Of a stretch of DNA of 64,000 nucleotides, positions 30,643 through 41,482 are shown in pieces. The notes beneath the pieces were generated by a model that saw nothing but the letters and a program-made list of their open reading frames with translations, searched no databases and was not told where the DNA came from. Source of the stretch: a virus; IMG/VR virus record IMGVR_UViG_3300001199_000004. The stretch is one strand, 5' to 3'. The position numbers and the translations under genes are program-made. Positions within the stretch are counted from its first letter, which is position 1, and every line of letters starts with the position of its first letter.

Positions 30643-32214
30643 GTGTCTTTCATTGACACAGATAACGCCTACACTATTTATTCAATCATGACAAAAAACT
30701 TAGATATCGTAAAAAATGGTTGGTTTGAAGTTGATAAAAAGGGTTTGTCTAAACTTCTCAAAGAAGGGGGCAAGGGCCGACTTATTGGAGAACTTATCCA
30801 AAACTCTTTAGATGCTCCAGGTTCTAAAAACACCCACATTAAATTAGAAGCCAATCAAGGTAATTTACTTTTAGAGGTAAAAGATGATAGTCCCCAAGGA
30901 TTCAAAAACCTTGCCGATGCTTGGACTCTTTTTGGCGAAAGTGAAAAGAAGGCTGATAGTAAACTAAGAGGAAGATTTAATTTAGGCGAAAAATTAGTTT
31001 TATCGCTATGTGAACAAGCCAAAATTATGACTACCACTGGGACTGTTGAATTTCATCCCAATGACCTAAGAATTTATTCTAAAAAGAAAACAGATCGTGG
31101 AACGATTTTTACTGCCATTATGAAGGGAGACAAAACAGATCTGGCAGAAATTAAAAGTTATATCTGGTCTATTTTGGTTTCAACACATCGAATTTATTTT
31201 AATGATGTTGCTGTTCCTGCCCACAAAAGACTTTATCATTTTAACATTCCCAGCCTAGAAACAGTAGGAATCAACAAAAATGGTGATTTAATTCGTACGG
31301 CAAGAAATTGCCTAGTATCTGTTTATAAAACATTGGCAACAGAAGTTCCACATCTTTATGAAATGGGACTTCCTGTTATGCCCCTGGATGACTATGGAAT
31401 TAACTACCACATTGATGTTGAACAAAAAGTTCCATTGAGCTTCAATCGAGACTCTGTTCCCGCTGGATTTCTCAAGAAAATCTTCACACACACCTACAAC
31501 AACACTTTCTTTGACTTAAAAGAAGACGCTTTTACAGAAAGTTGGGTCAATGAAGCAACTTCTTCTGAGCAATGTAATCAAAACGCTTTTAAAAAGTTTA
31601 TTGAAAACAAATTCGGGGAAAAATCGGCTTTCTTTGACCCTTCTGATATAGATGCAAACAAAAACTTCCAGGCTGATGGTGGAGTTATCATCTATGGAAG
31701 AATGCTCAACAAACAACAAATTGAAAATGCCAAAGAATCTGGGGTTGTTAGCTCTGGCAAATTGACCCCTTCTCAAAATGGCCCTGTAAAAAGCCAGATC
31801 ACAACAGCAGAAGCTTTTAGTGAAACCGCCAGTGTAGCCCTAAAATACTTTGAATTTATTTCTAAAAGATTAATTGGGGAAGTATTTAACTTCAAATTTG
31901 TTGATTTCAACAACCCATTAATTAACCTTAAATGGCAAGACCAAACATTGTTGTTGTCTGATTCTCTTATCCTTAATTGGGAAATGACACGAACGGCTGG
32001 AACACAACAATTATTCCAAGATTTTGATAAAACAATCTTGCCAGCTTTAGCCCTTAGAGCAGCACCCAACAAATTAACCAAAGAGTTTAATGAAGAACTA
32101 TGTAGACTTGCCAGCAATATGGGCTGGACCGCCGTTCAAAATCCTAACGATTTCTTGGAGTTTTGGACTTATGCAGAAGAACTAATGGGGAAATTAGAGA
32201 CTTTGCCAAAATAA
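30643..32214 (+). CDS. GHKL (Hsp90/MutL/MORC-like) ATPase
   Basis: ELIQNSLDA, VKDDSPQGF, RGRFNLGEK, GT. Confidence 0.8.
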   Translation: MSFIDTDNAYTIYSIMTKNLDIVKNGWFEVDKKGLSKLLKEGGKGRLIGELIQNSLDAPGSKNTHIKLEANQGNLLLEVKDDSPQGFKNLADAWTLFGESEKKADSKLRGRFNLGEKLVLSLCEQAKIMTTTGTVEFHPNDLRIYSKKKTDRGTIFTAIMKGDKTDLAEIKSYIWSILVSTHRIYFNDVAVPAHKRLYHFNIPSLETVGINKNGDLIRTARNCLVSVYKTLATEVPHLYEMGLPVMPLDDYGINYHIDVEQKVPLSFNRDSVPAGFLKKIFTHTYNNTFFDLKEDAFTESWVNEATSSEQCNQNAFKKFIENKFGEKSAFFDPSDIDANKNFQADGGVIIYGRMLNKQQIENAKESGVVSSGKLTPSQNGPVKSQITTAEAFSETASVALKYFEFISKRLIGEVFNFKFVDFNNPLINLKWQDQTLLLSDSLILNWEMTRTAGTQQLFQDFDKTILPALALRAAPNKLTKEFNEELCRLASNMGWTAVQNPNDFLEFWTYAEELMGKLETLPK

Positions 32215-32353
32215 ATTATCTAACCGAAACCAATTTCTTCTTAATCACAACACCCTTTGGGCCTTTCAAAAGAACCTCCAAAAACAGATTAATTTCTTTT
32301 TTGGACTTGCCAGAAAGATCAATAAAATAGGGTTTGTTTTTTTCCATGAAATA

Positions 32354-33106
32354 TTAGATATTCATATCCGCAATACATTTGTTCCTATTTTCTTCAAAAA
32401 TTATTTTTTGAATAGATTCAGAAGCCGCCTTAATGGTAGCACTGCCTTCATGGTAAACCCATGACGTTCCACAAATCGCCTGCTTAAATCCTTTGCGGCG
32501 AAATCTAAAGGCAAATTCTTCATCTTCATAGCCAGCATAAGGGTACTCTTTTAATGCCCCTACGGCTTTGTTTAACTGCCTGTGGAATAAAATGGTATAG
32601 AAGGGCAAATAATCGTCCGAAAGCGTTATATCGTCGTTTACGTCGATTTTAGAAGCCTTCAATCTAGGATCGCCATTGACGGGGTTATTGCTCCGAGCAG
32701 AAATCATCTTAACCCCAGTAGATTTCAAGTTATTCATACTAGTCATCAGGTTAATCAACCATTGGTTTTGCTGAGCCTCTACATCCGAATGCATGACTAC
32801 AATCCAAGGCTGAGAAGTGGCTTTAATTCCAATGTTCACACTAGCACCAAAACCTAGCCGCTTTTCATTTCTAATATACTTAATTTCAGGCAAATGCGGA
32901 CTTGGCTTAATCTTAGTGAAATTTTCACCAAAATACATGTTTCCTGAGCAATCATCAATTAAGGTGATTTGATAAGGAATTCCGACAGTAGAAAAAAGAC
33001 TAGAAACTAGGTTTTTAACACCCACATAATTTTCATGGTAAGGAATAAGAATATCAACGGTTGTTTTGAGTGAATATCCCACGGAAGCCTGAAATGTTTT
33101 ACCCAT
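32354..33106 (-). CDS. Glycosyltransferase family 2
   Basis: ILIPYH, LIDDCS, RLGFGASVNIG, MHSD, GYEDEEF. Confidence 0.85.
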   Translation of the reverse strand: MGKTFQASVGYSLKTTVDILIPYHENYVGVKNLVSSLFSTVGIPYQITLIDDCSGNMYFGENFTKIKPSPHLPEIKYIRNEKRLGFGASVNIGIKATSQPWIVVMHSDVEAQQNQWLINLMTSMNNLKSTGVKMISARSNNPVNGDPRLKASKIDVNDDITLSDDYLPFYTILFHRQLNKAVGALKEYPYAGYEDEEFAFRFRRKGFKQAICGTSWVYHEGSATIKAASESIQKIIFEENRNKCIADMNI

Positions 33107-33575
33107 AAATTATTTCCTTACTTTTACTATAAAATTCATCAGGATGTTCCAAATGAATGATATTTGCTCCTTCATAGGGAATTTGTTCTATTAATGAAAA
33201 AATATAGAAAGGAATTTTGTGTTCTGCAGCTTTTTTAATAGATTTTTTGATTCTAAAATCTGGTAGCTTTTTATCTGTAATTAAAAACAAAAATTTGTCA
33301 TCATCTAGTCCTTCAGAATTAAGAACATCTAAAGAAATCTCTGTAGACTTATCAAGTGGCCAAAAGACAGATTCAAACTTCTTTAAGGCACCAACGAATT
33401 CCCCAGGTCTTTTGGGAAGTTTTTTTCCAAGAAAAGGAAAAGAATAGATTCTTATTGTTTCGTCGTTGGCAATATATGTGATAAGATAATTGATTATCTT
33501 ATTTAATTTCTTTTGACCGTCTAAATCATAATCAGAAGTTAACTCTAATATTGCAGAAATACATGTTGACATAAT

Positions 33576-34664
33576 TTGAAAGAGTATATGTACGATTTTT
33601 TAATAGTGGGTTCTGGAATCTTTGGCTCTACTTTTGCTTATGAAGCCAATCAAGCAGGCAAAAAGTGTCTAGTAATTGATAAACGGGACCATATTGGTGG
33701 TAATTGCTATACCAAAAAGATGAATGGAATTAATGTTCACGTTTTTGGGCCGCATATTTTAAACACCAATAATAAGCAAATTTGGGACTACATCAATCAA
33801 TTTTGTGAATTTGAACAATATACTCATCGAGTAAAAGTTAATTACCAAGACAAGATTTACAGTTTCCCCATCAATTTATTAACATTCAATCAATTGTGGG
33901 GATGTAAAACACCACAAGAAGCACAAAGAGAAATAGAAAAAAGAAAAAAGTATGATGGAAGCAACAACTTAAAAAACTGGATTGTTTCTCAAGTTGGAGA
34001 AGAAATTTTTGAAATCTTCTACAAGGGTTATTCAGAAAAACAATGGATGAGAGATTGTTCTGAAATACCTGCCTCAGTTGGCAAACGAATCCCTATTAGA
34101 TTTGATTTTAACGACAACTACCACAAATCTACTTATTGTGGTATGCCCAAGGGTGGTAATTACACCCAAATATTTGAGAAGATGCTTTCTGGCATTGAAG
34201 TTAAACTCAATACACCTTTAGAATCAGGTTGGGAGAAAATAGCCAAAAAATTGATTTATACTGGACCTATTGATGAATTATTTGATTATAAATATGGTCC
34301 TTTAGATTATCGTAGCCTTCGTTTTGAACATAAGGTTTTAGCCACCAATAACTTCCAAGGAACTTCACAAGTCAACTATACCGATAAAACAGTGCCTTGG
34401 ACTAGAATCATTGAACATAAATGGTTTTCACCAAAAGACACAAAAGAAACAGTAATTACTTATGAATATCCTGAATCATGGGAACAAGGGAAAGAACGAT
34501 ATTACCCAATAAACAACAATGAAACTAGTGCTTTATATGGAAAATATGTTCAAGAAATCCCCAAAAACATAGTTGTTTCTGGAAGACTTGGATTATTTAA
34601 ATATCTTGATGTTGACGCTGTATTGGGATTGGCATTAAAAGAAATAAAAAAAGAATTATGCTAA
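33576..34664 (+). CDS. glf: UDP-galactopyranose mutase
   Basis: IVGSGIFG, RDHIGGNCY, HVFGPHI, PWTRIIEHK, YYP, GRLGLFKYLD. Confidence 0.95.
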   Translation: MKEYMYDFLIVGSGIFGSTFAYEANQAGKKCLVIDKRDHIGGNCYTKKMNGINVHVFGPHILNTNNKQIWDYINQFCEFEQYTHRVKVNYQDKIYSFPINLLTFNQLWGCKTPQEAQREIEKRKKYDGSNNLKNWIVSQVGEEIFEIFYKGYSEKQWMRDCSEIPASVGKRIPIRFDFNDNYHKSTYCGMPKGGNYTQIFEKMLSGIEVKLNTPLESGWEKIAKKLIYTGPIDELFDYKYGPLDYRSLRFEHKVLATNNFQGTSQVNYTDKTVPWTRIIEHKWFSPKDTKETVITYEYPESWEQGKERYYPINNNETSALYGKYVQEIPKNIVVSGRLGLFKYLDVDAVLGLALKEIKKELC

Positions 34665-34694
34665 ATACAAAAGAACAATTATCCAAGGAAAACA

Positions 34695-35045
34695 ATGGGA
34701 TCAACATCATCTACAGGAAAAGGTCAAGGGGCATCTGAAAAACTAACCGTTGCTGAACTAGGTATTTTAGCCAATTCGCCATCTATCCTTTTTTCTGGCA
34801 TTGCTGAAGCAGTCAACAGCAACACTTCTCCACCAACTCCTTCCAGCATAATTACATTTCCACATGCACTGGAAGGTGCAGCAAGCAATTATATTGTTAT
34901 GTTAACAACAATTAATGGAGGATATGCCTATGTAACTGCACTATACGAAACATCTGGTAATTTTACTGGATTTGCATGTACTGTAGAGGCTGATTGTTCT
35001 TTAATGTATCTTGTTGCTAAAGTCGGGTTTAGACCAAATCTATGA
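34695..35045 (+). CDS. Small Ser/Thr/Gly-rich protein, possibly virion-associated
   Basis: Preceded by a late-promoter-like CTAAATA (34661) and an SD; beta-rich composition. Confidence 0.3.
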   Translation: MGSTSSTGKGQGASEKLTVAELGILANSPSILFSGIAEAVNSNTSPPTPSSIITFPHALEGAASNYIVMLTTINGGYAYVTALYETSGNFTGFACTVEADCSLMYLVAKVGFRPNL

Positions 35046-35806
35046 AACTTGGCGTTTGCTACATGACATTTGATGGGGAAGAGCTTTTAGAATTCGCCAT
35101 CAAATCCATTAAAAATGAGGTTGATTGGGTTTCCGTGACGTATCAAACGACTTCCTATTTCGGAAACAAAACAACTACCAATATAGAAACCGTAAATCGG
35201 TTAAAATCAACTGGATTAATTGATGAATTAATTTTTTATGAACCTAATCTTTCGTTACATCACAAAGAAAACGAATTGATTTTAAGGAACATTGGGTTGG
35301 AAGCCTCAGAAAAAGCTGGCTGCACACATCACATTTCTCTAGATGTAGATGAATTCTTTTTGGCACATGAATTAAATTTGGCCAAAAAAGTGATGGAAGA
35401 TGGTGAATATGATTGCTCTCTCGTTTCTGTTTACACCTACTACAAAGAGCCAACTTTTCTTGTTTACCCTGACCTAAAAATAAAATGTCCTTTTATTCAT
35501 TCCATTGACAACAAATATGATAGAAATTCACAATTTCCTTTTCATGTTGAGCCAACAAGAAAATCAACAAAATATGACAAGTGTAAAATTTTTTCACCAA
35601 CAGATATTATGCAGCATCATATGAGTTATGTCCGAAAAGACATCAGAAAAAAATTTAACAACTCAGATAATGCACAATTCTATCAACTGAACAAATTCTA
35701 TGAAACTTTTGACAATTACCAACTCGGTGGAAGAGTTTGTTTGTTGCCTGACTATTTAAATAGAAAAACAAAAAAGGTTGAAAATATATTCAACATTGAA
35801 TTTTAG
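35042..35806 (+). CDS. GT-A-fold glycosyltransferase-like protein
   Basis: FDGEELLEFAI, RNIGLE, SLDVDEF (DxD), HHMSYVRKDI. Confidence 0.65.
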   Translation: MKLGVCYMTFDGEELLEFAIKSIKNEVDWVSVTYQTTSYFGNKTTTNIETVNRLKSTGLIDELIFYEPNLSLHHKENELILRNIGLEASEKAGCTHHISLDVDEFFLAHELNLAKKVMEDGEYDCSLVSVYTYYKEPTFLVYPDLKIKCPFIHSIDNKYDRNSQFPFHVEPTRKSTKYDKCKIFSPTDIMQHHMSYVRKDIRKKFNNSDNAQFYQLNKFYETFDNYQLGGRVCLLPDYLNRKTKKVENIFNIEF

Positions 35807-36434
35807 ATCGTGCTTTTTTGGCCTCAAACAAAATTTTCATTTTAACTTTTTGTTCCGCTTCTTTTGCTTGAAATTTAAGTAAGGCTTTTTCTTCTTTCTT
35901 ACCAAACAATTCTATCATTTTATCTTTTTGTGTTTTCTGTAAATTCAAATATTTTCCAAGCTTTTTAATTTTAGATTTTTGTGATTTAACTTCGATATAA
36001 ATTAAATCTCGAATTTTTTCAACATCATTTTCATTGTAAAACAACTTGGATCTTCCTGGCATTTTATGTGTTGGTGCTGGCAAAAGACCCAGTGCTACTG
36101 GGCGGTAAAACTCACCATACGGAACACCCAAAATATCGGCAACCTCTTGAATAGAAAAATGTTGTTCTCTTAGCACTAAAACCAAATCAGCCTTTTTTCG
36201 ATTTTCCGCCCATTTTTGAGCATGTCTTTTTAAGTAACAAAGTTTGCAACTCGGATATCTGCTAAAATTATTATAACAAGCAACTCTAACAGCCCCACAC
36301 TTACACTTATATTTTAACAGTTGTTGACTGCTTGTGTATGTTTTTTCTAATAATTTACAACCTACTTTTTCAAAAGCTTTTTTAATTTGTTCAATAGTAT
36401 ATTTTGGTTTACGAATACGAGTTTTCTTAATCAT
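35790..36434 (-). CDS. Zinc-ribbon plus HTH DNA-binding protein
   Basis: CKCG...CKLC, then FSIQEVADILGVPY (excisionase/MerR-like HTH). Confidence 0.55.
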   Translation of the reverse strand: MIKKTRIRKPKYTIEQIKKAFEKVGCKLLEKTYTSSQQLLKYKCKCGAVRVACYNNFSRYPSCKLCYLKRHAQKWAENRKKADLVLVLREQHFSIQEVADILGVPYGEFYRPVALGLLPAPTHKMPGRSKLFYNENDVEKIRDLIYIEVKSQKSKIKKLGKYLNLQKTQKDKMIELFGKKEEKALLKFQAKEAEQKVKMKILFEAKKARSKIQC

Positions 36435-36464
36435 TTCACTATCTCAAAAAAAACAATGTTTTAA

Positions 36465-36968
36465 TTAACGACTAGCAGAACTGTCTTTATCAGACAGGAT
36501 ATAATCCATTTTGGGCCATGGAATATTGTATTTATTAAACCCTAAAGTTCGTTCTTCCTCAGGATCATAAGTCCCTTCTTGAAGATAAACTACATTGCAA
36601 TCCTCAGAAAGACAGAGAAATGCATGCCCACAATGAGCAGGAACATAAAGCTGATGAGGGTTTTCAGCATCTAATATGGCAGCGAACCATTGTAAATACG
36701 TGCTGGATTCAGGTCTTAGATCAATGGCTACGTCATTAATTCTGCCTTTGAGGCAGGTAATGAGCTTGCCATAGGGCGAGACATGAATGCCTCTAAGAGT
36801 GCCCTTAACGCTAAAAGACCAATTAACCTGCTTCCAGGGGGTTTTTACAAAAGGGTATTCATTTGAGTTGAATACTTCTTGTAAAAACCCCCTGTTATCT
36901 TTATGACGTTCAACAGATACTAAAAAACAATCTTTTATCAATGTTTCCTGAAAAGGCATAATATCCAA
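36465..36968 (-). CDS. rmlC: dTDP-4-dehydrorhamnose 3,5-epimerase
   Basis: DNRGFLQE, QVNWSFS..GTLRGIH, DVAIDLRPES.T, LYVP..CGHAF. Confidence 0.93.
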   Translation of the reverse strand: MDIMPFQETLIKDCFLVSVERHKDNRGFLQEVFNSNEYPFVKTPWKQVNWSFSVKGTLRGIHVSPYGKLITCLKGRINDVAIDLRPESSTYLQWFAAILDAENPHQLYVPAHCGHAFLCLSEDCNVVYLQEGTYDPEEERTLGFNKYNIPWPKMDYILSDKDSSASR

Positions 36969-38488
36969 AAAATTATATAGTGGTTTATGGCTTTAGAAAC
37001 ATTTTGACAGATTATTCTTCTTCTACGACTTCTGCCAACTCTGCTTCTAAATCATCGGGTAGTTTATCTAAATCATACTCTGCAATAAGGGCACAAGGAT
37101 AATAGCTATCTCTCTTGGCTCCTTTGCTAAAGCGGCCTTTATTGTGCTTTTTCTTTTGAAACCCCTTATAAACCTCAAGTTTATTGGTGTCAAAATTCAA
37201 AATGTAAGCCCACTCGCAGAATAGACTATCTAGTATAAAATCTTCATTGGGCAAATACAATCCCACTCTTAGCGTTTCTGCAATGTTTCCTTGAAGCTCA
37301 CGCATAAGACAATACCAATCATCATCACTTTGCTCGGAAACTGTAGTGTTGCTATATTTGGACAACAATTTTTTTTGTTTTGGTGTGGGAGGCTTTTCAG
37401 AATCAACCCCTTCCAAAACAATAGCCAAGTGCTTAACTTCGGAAAGAGTCTTATTTTTCATCAACTTTTTGTATTGTTTAAGAATATCATTGCCCAAACC
37501 ACTTGGATAGCTATCAAAATGATTGTAAGCTAACTTATCAATTCCACCAACATGAACACCATAAATGCCTCTAGTTCCCATTCTTTACCAAACCTTTCTT
37601 TGTTCTAAAATCATATACAATCGGTTTACCAAAAAAATCTACCAAAGCTTGTTCTTTGCTTGTAGTGTAAATATATTCTTTGCCATTAAAAATTACCTTC
37701 ATTACATTATTGTATGATCGTGGATGATATTTACACTCAAGGATTGAATCGACAAAATAATCAAAAACATTATTGAGCCAACCAATGGTTGCCCATCCAT
37801 CCATTTTATAACGGTCACACCTAAAATACAAGTCAGACAATTCTTGGTCTAATTTATAATTAAAATCCTGTTTAATGGTTTCAAATGCTTTTTGACCGTT
37901 CATGTCATCACTAATCCATCTCCAACTATAAGATTTCTTACATTTTCCTTTATTATTCCAAGAATCAGACCCATCACAAGATTCAAACACTACAACATTT
38001 TTCTTTTCACCCTTAAAAGCATAAAAAGGCATTGCCAGAAAAAGTCTATCGTTCATATACTCATGAATTTTTAAAATTTGGCGACGTTTTCTTTGGGCCA
38101 ATTTTCTAAGATATCTCTCAAACTTATTGGGATCGGCAAATCTAGCGTATTTGATATTACATTGGTCATTATGACCAGTATTAAATCTAACTCCCCATTG
38201 ACAGATTCTAATGCCTTCGTGCGTGTCCTTATTTACAAGCTTATAAACCCAACCGTCTTCGCAGAAATAATCTTTATCATCTATAACATTCTTACAACCA
38301 ATCTTAAAAATGTTAAAAATGTTAAATTTGTCGTCTGGAACTCTATAGGAAATGGGTTTTCTGTCGCCATTTTCATGGGGTTCAGACAAATCTACTTGCT
38401 CATGAGTTATGATTTTTGGCTTCATGGGACTATTTTACCAGAAAAGTCTTGAAAAACCAGATAAAAAACAAGGGAGAGCAAGACAAAA

Positions 38489-39499
38489 TCAAGAAACAAA
38501 TGAATCAATAATCTTTTCAACCTCATTGAAAATCACTAATCCATGTTTTTCTTTGAAATATTTAATATGTGAAATATCAATTACTGCCAATTCAACTCCT
38601 ACTTCATAACATTTTATCATTTTTTGTTTGTCACTCTCTAAGGATCTTTCCAATCTGTCTAATCCATAAATAGGTTCATAGTGTGTTATCCCATTTAACT
38701 CAACCGCCAATTTTAAAGAAGGAATGTAAAAATCTAATTCTAGCCCATTCAAAACATTACGATCATTTGGCAAAATCAACAAATTAGGATATTTTTGTTT
38801 TAATTTTTCTTCTATAAAAAATTCCATTTTAGATCTAATACATCCAAAAGTTTTATTTTTATTTCTGTATTTAGCAGCACAAGACAATGAACAAAAATTA
38901 TTTTTTTTTATGTAATATGGTTTTATTTCCAATGGCTTATTACATTCTTTACAATTTGTTTTAATGAATTCTAATTTCTTGGCACAGCCGCACGAGCAAT
39001 AAATGACATTGCGACCTTCATTTATTGCTCTCACAATAACACTTTTTCTTTTACTTAATGCTGCTCCACATTTACCACACTTTAATTTAACAAATTTTTT
39101 GCCAATAAGTTTGTTGAATTCTTCCAAAGTGCCATCAATAGACATTAGATCAAACTGTTCCTGTGTTATGACTACAGGTGCCCACCCACCGACAATCCTT
39201 GAATTTTTATTTTTTTTATAAAAAGCACGACTGCATTCTTTGGAGCAACACGGATTGTTGACTTTTGCAAGTGGTTCAGAATATGTAAAAAAACCTTTAG
39301 AACAATTGGAACAAAACTTTTCAATTTTTTCACGATCAAAACCAGCACACTTCATTGAACAGAAAGTATTCTTGTATTTTATAATATCATGTTTTCTTTT
39401 TTTGAATTGTTTATTGCACGTTGGGCAACAAACAGAAACTGACTTGGATTTTAGAGTTTTTTCAAATTCTTCTATATTTAATATTATTAATTTATTCAT
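38489..39499 (-). CDS. Free-standing endonuclease: Cys-rich zinc repeats plus a PD-(D/E)XK/Vsr-like C-terminal domain
   Basis: Repeated CxxC...FCSxxC units; ELDFYIPSLKLAVELNGITHY. Confidence 0.75.
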   Translation of the reverse strand: MNKLIILNIEEFEKTLKSKSVSVCCPTCNKQFKKRKHDIIKYKNTFCSMKCAGFDREKIEKFCSNCSKGFFTYSEPLAKVNNPCCSKECSRAFYKKNKNSRIVGGWAPVVITQEQFDLMSIDGTLEEFNKLIGKKFVKLKCGKCGAALSKRKSVIVRAINEGRNVIYCSCGCAKKLEFIKTNCKECNKPLEIKPYYIKKNNFCSLSCAAKYRNKNKTFGCIRSKMEFFIEEKLKQKYPNLLILPNDRNVLNGLELDFYIPSLKLAVELNGITHYEPIYGLDRLERSLESDKQKMIKCYEVGVELAVIDISHIKYFKEKHGLVIFNEVEKIIDSFVS

Positions 39500-39503
39500 A
39501 CCT

Positions 39504-39541
39504 TATTTAGTAGATGAAAATGGAATTTCATCTACTAAATA
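39504..39541. repeat. 16-bp perfect inverted repeat between the RF stop and the endonuclease start
   Basis: TATTTAGTAGATGAAA-atggaa-TTTCATCTACTAAATA. Confidence 0.9.
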
Positions 39542-39546
39542 AAAAA

Positions 39547-40298
39547 TTATCTCAACAAGTCAAACTGACCTTTCATTACTTTCTTGATTTGGTTGGTAGT
39601 GATGTTTGTCCTATGGTCTATTACTTCACTTCTGATGAAATTATAGGTTCTAACTTTGCCACCACGACCACAGTCGCCAAGTTGGTCTTTTCTTTTTGAA
39701 TTATATTCTGAATTTTGTTTATTCAGATAATATTCATTTACTCTTTGAGTGACGATTTCCAATGCTTTTCGTTTGCTATTGCCTTGATCTCTTTCATCAA
39801 CTACTGCTTGGATACCAGTAGTTCGTTCAACCACACGGCAGCAACTATCGACTTTATTTTTATTAGATCCTCCAGGGCCTGTACCCCTCATAAACGTAAT
39901 GATCAAATCTTTTGGATTTAATTCAATAAGCTTATTTTGTTGTTTAACTGGTAGAACAGCAACAGAAACTACGGAAGTGTGATACTTCCCTAGAGACGTT
40001 CGCTGAACGATATGCTTTCCTACCTCATTTTGGAAAGCCTGAAGAACTTTGTTGCCACTCATTTTGGCAGCAATTCTTCCAGCATCAGATTCTAAAACTT
40101 GACATTTTAGATTTAAAGAAGAAGCATATTTTTGGTAAGCAGCAAATAAATCATGCACGAATAATTTACTATCATCGCCGCCTTCACCAAATTTAACTTC
40201 TAAAAGAAGCTCTTTTGTATCAGAGCTAAAGACAGTGAGTCAATCCTTGTGTGATATTGGGTTCATGGCTAAAGCAACCTCCGATTAAACTTACTCAT
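39547..40298 (-). CDS. Class-I peptide-chain release factor homologue (RF1-like, no domain 1), predicted to be made by two +1 frameshifts (about 249 aa)
   Basis: LLEVKFGEGGDDSKLF, EVGKHIVQR..GKYHTS, GPGGS, RTYNF...DHR. The RF frame is closed by TGA at 40240-40242. SD AGGAG plus ATG at 40298 lie in another frame. Confidence 0.85.
40225..40231 (-). promoter_or_regulatory. Second +1 frameshift site, CTT-TAG-C
   Basis: CTT TAG is in frame with the +1 product of site 1, and a +1 shift here enters the RF frame. Confidence 0.65.
40268..40283 (-). promoter_or_regulatory. First +1 frameshift cassette, GGAGG-TTG-CTT-TAG-C
   Basis: Same layout as prfB (internal SD, 3-nt spacer, CTT, stop, C) but with UAG. 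Confidence 0.8.
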
Positions 40299-41482
40299 AA
40301 CATTCTCCTAAATTAAAAATCAAACGGCTCATCAATACTACGATACTTTTTAACATTAGCACCATCTATAGATATAGGATAGTATACACATTTTGTTTTA
40401 CAAAGTAAACCCAAATTTACTAATTGTTCTGTAGAATAATACTTATATCTTGCCTTTGAATGCATTTCCAAATAAGTATTCTCACTAATATAATCAAGCA
40501 TTATTTGCTCACGGTTTCTACCACAGAAAGTTTATCCTGATTTGGGTAATAACACAGGATATAAACTCTTCAAAAGAGCTTTCTCAAACCATGTTCCTTC
40601 TTCCATAGATTTTTGCTCTTTTGGAGTAAGAGGAACTTTTTTGGGAATTTCTTTGTTTGAACAATGATAGCACCAAACGTTCATTACCAAATAGACCTTA
40701 AATTACTAAAAAGGATATTAACCGAAGGGGCGTCGGAAGGAGATTTTTGATTCCCAAGGATTTCTAACTTTGCTTTCTTTTTCCAAAAATGTCCAAAAAC
40801 TGAAAGAATTTGATACATTTTGCCTTCAGGCATTTTATCAGGTTCAAATACAACGTAATGATAGGAAGGTAAATTTCCCCAACCATAAACAAATTTACGA
40901 GTTTCCGATGTATACAACTTGCCTTCATCTGCATACATGATTTCAGTACGTTGAATTGGACCTGGATCGAATTTCAACAAATTCATCGCAGCTACAGCAT
41001 TAGCCAAATCTTTACAAGCAACGTAATAAACCATCGTGTCTTCCATTATTCACCCCACGGTTCATCAATGTCTCTATACTTAGAAGACTTTTTCTTTTCA
41101 GTTTCTAAAGGCACTGGGTTTGCAATAACTGGTTTTGGCTTTGGTTTGGGACTTTTGCCGCCATCTTTGGAATAGCCCGTCATAGCATCTGTCGCCATTT
41201 TACTATACATACAAATTCCTTATTTAGCAGACTTTATCCAAATGGTACTGTTGCCAGTTTGTTGCTGTTCTAGTCCAGCTTCAATAGCTTGTTGAAATGT
41301 AGTTAGATTATAATAGGTTAAACAACAAGCAACACAAATTGCAACCGCAGCAACACAAGTTACAATAACACAAATCATTTTTTGTTCTCCATTCATGCTT
41401 TTGTCTTCTTTAAAAGATGGAATGCCTTGTGTAATGTTTTGCCTCGGCTTTTTCCCAACAATACTATTATCAAGTTCGCCCA

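Noticed and set aside
40240-40242. Stop-codon reassignment (alternative genetic code) as the explanation for stops in the RF gene
   Set aside because: TGA and TAG terminate ordinary genes in this window (TGA at 11166 with an ATGA overlap; TAG at 28620, 35806, 54368), and long genes are uninterrupted.
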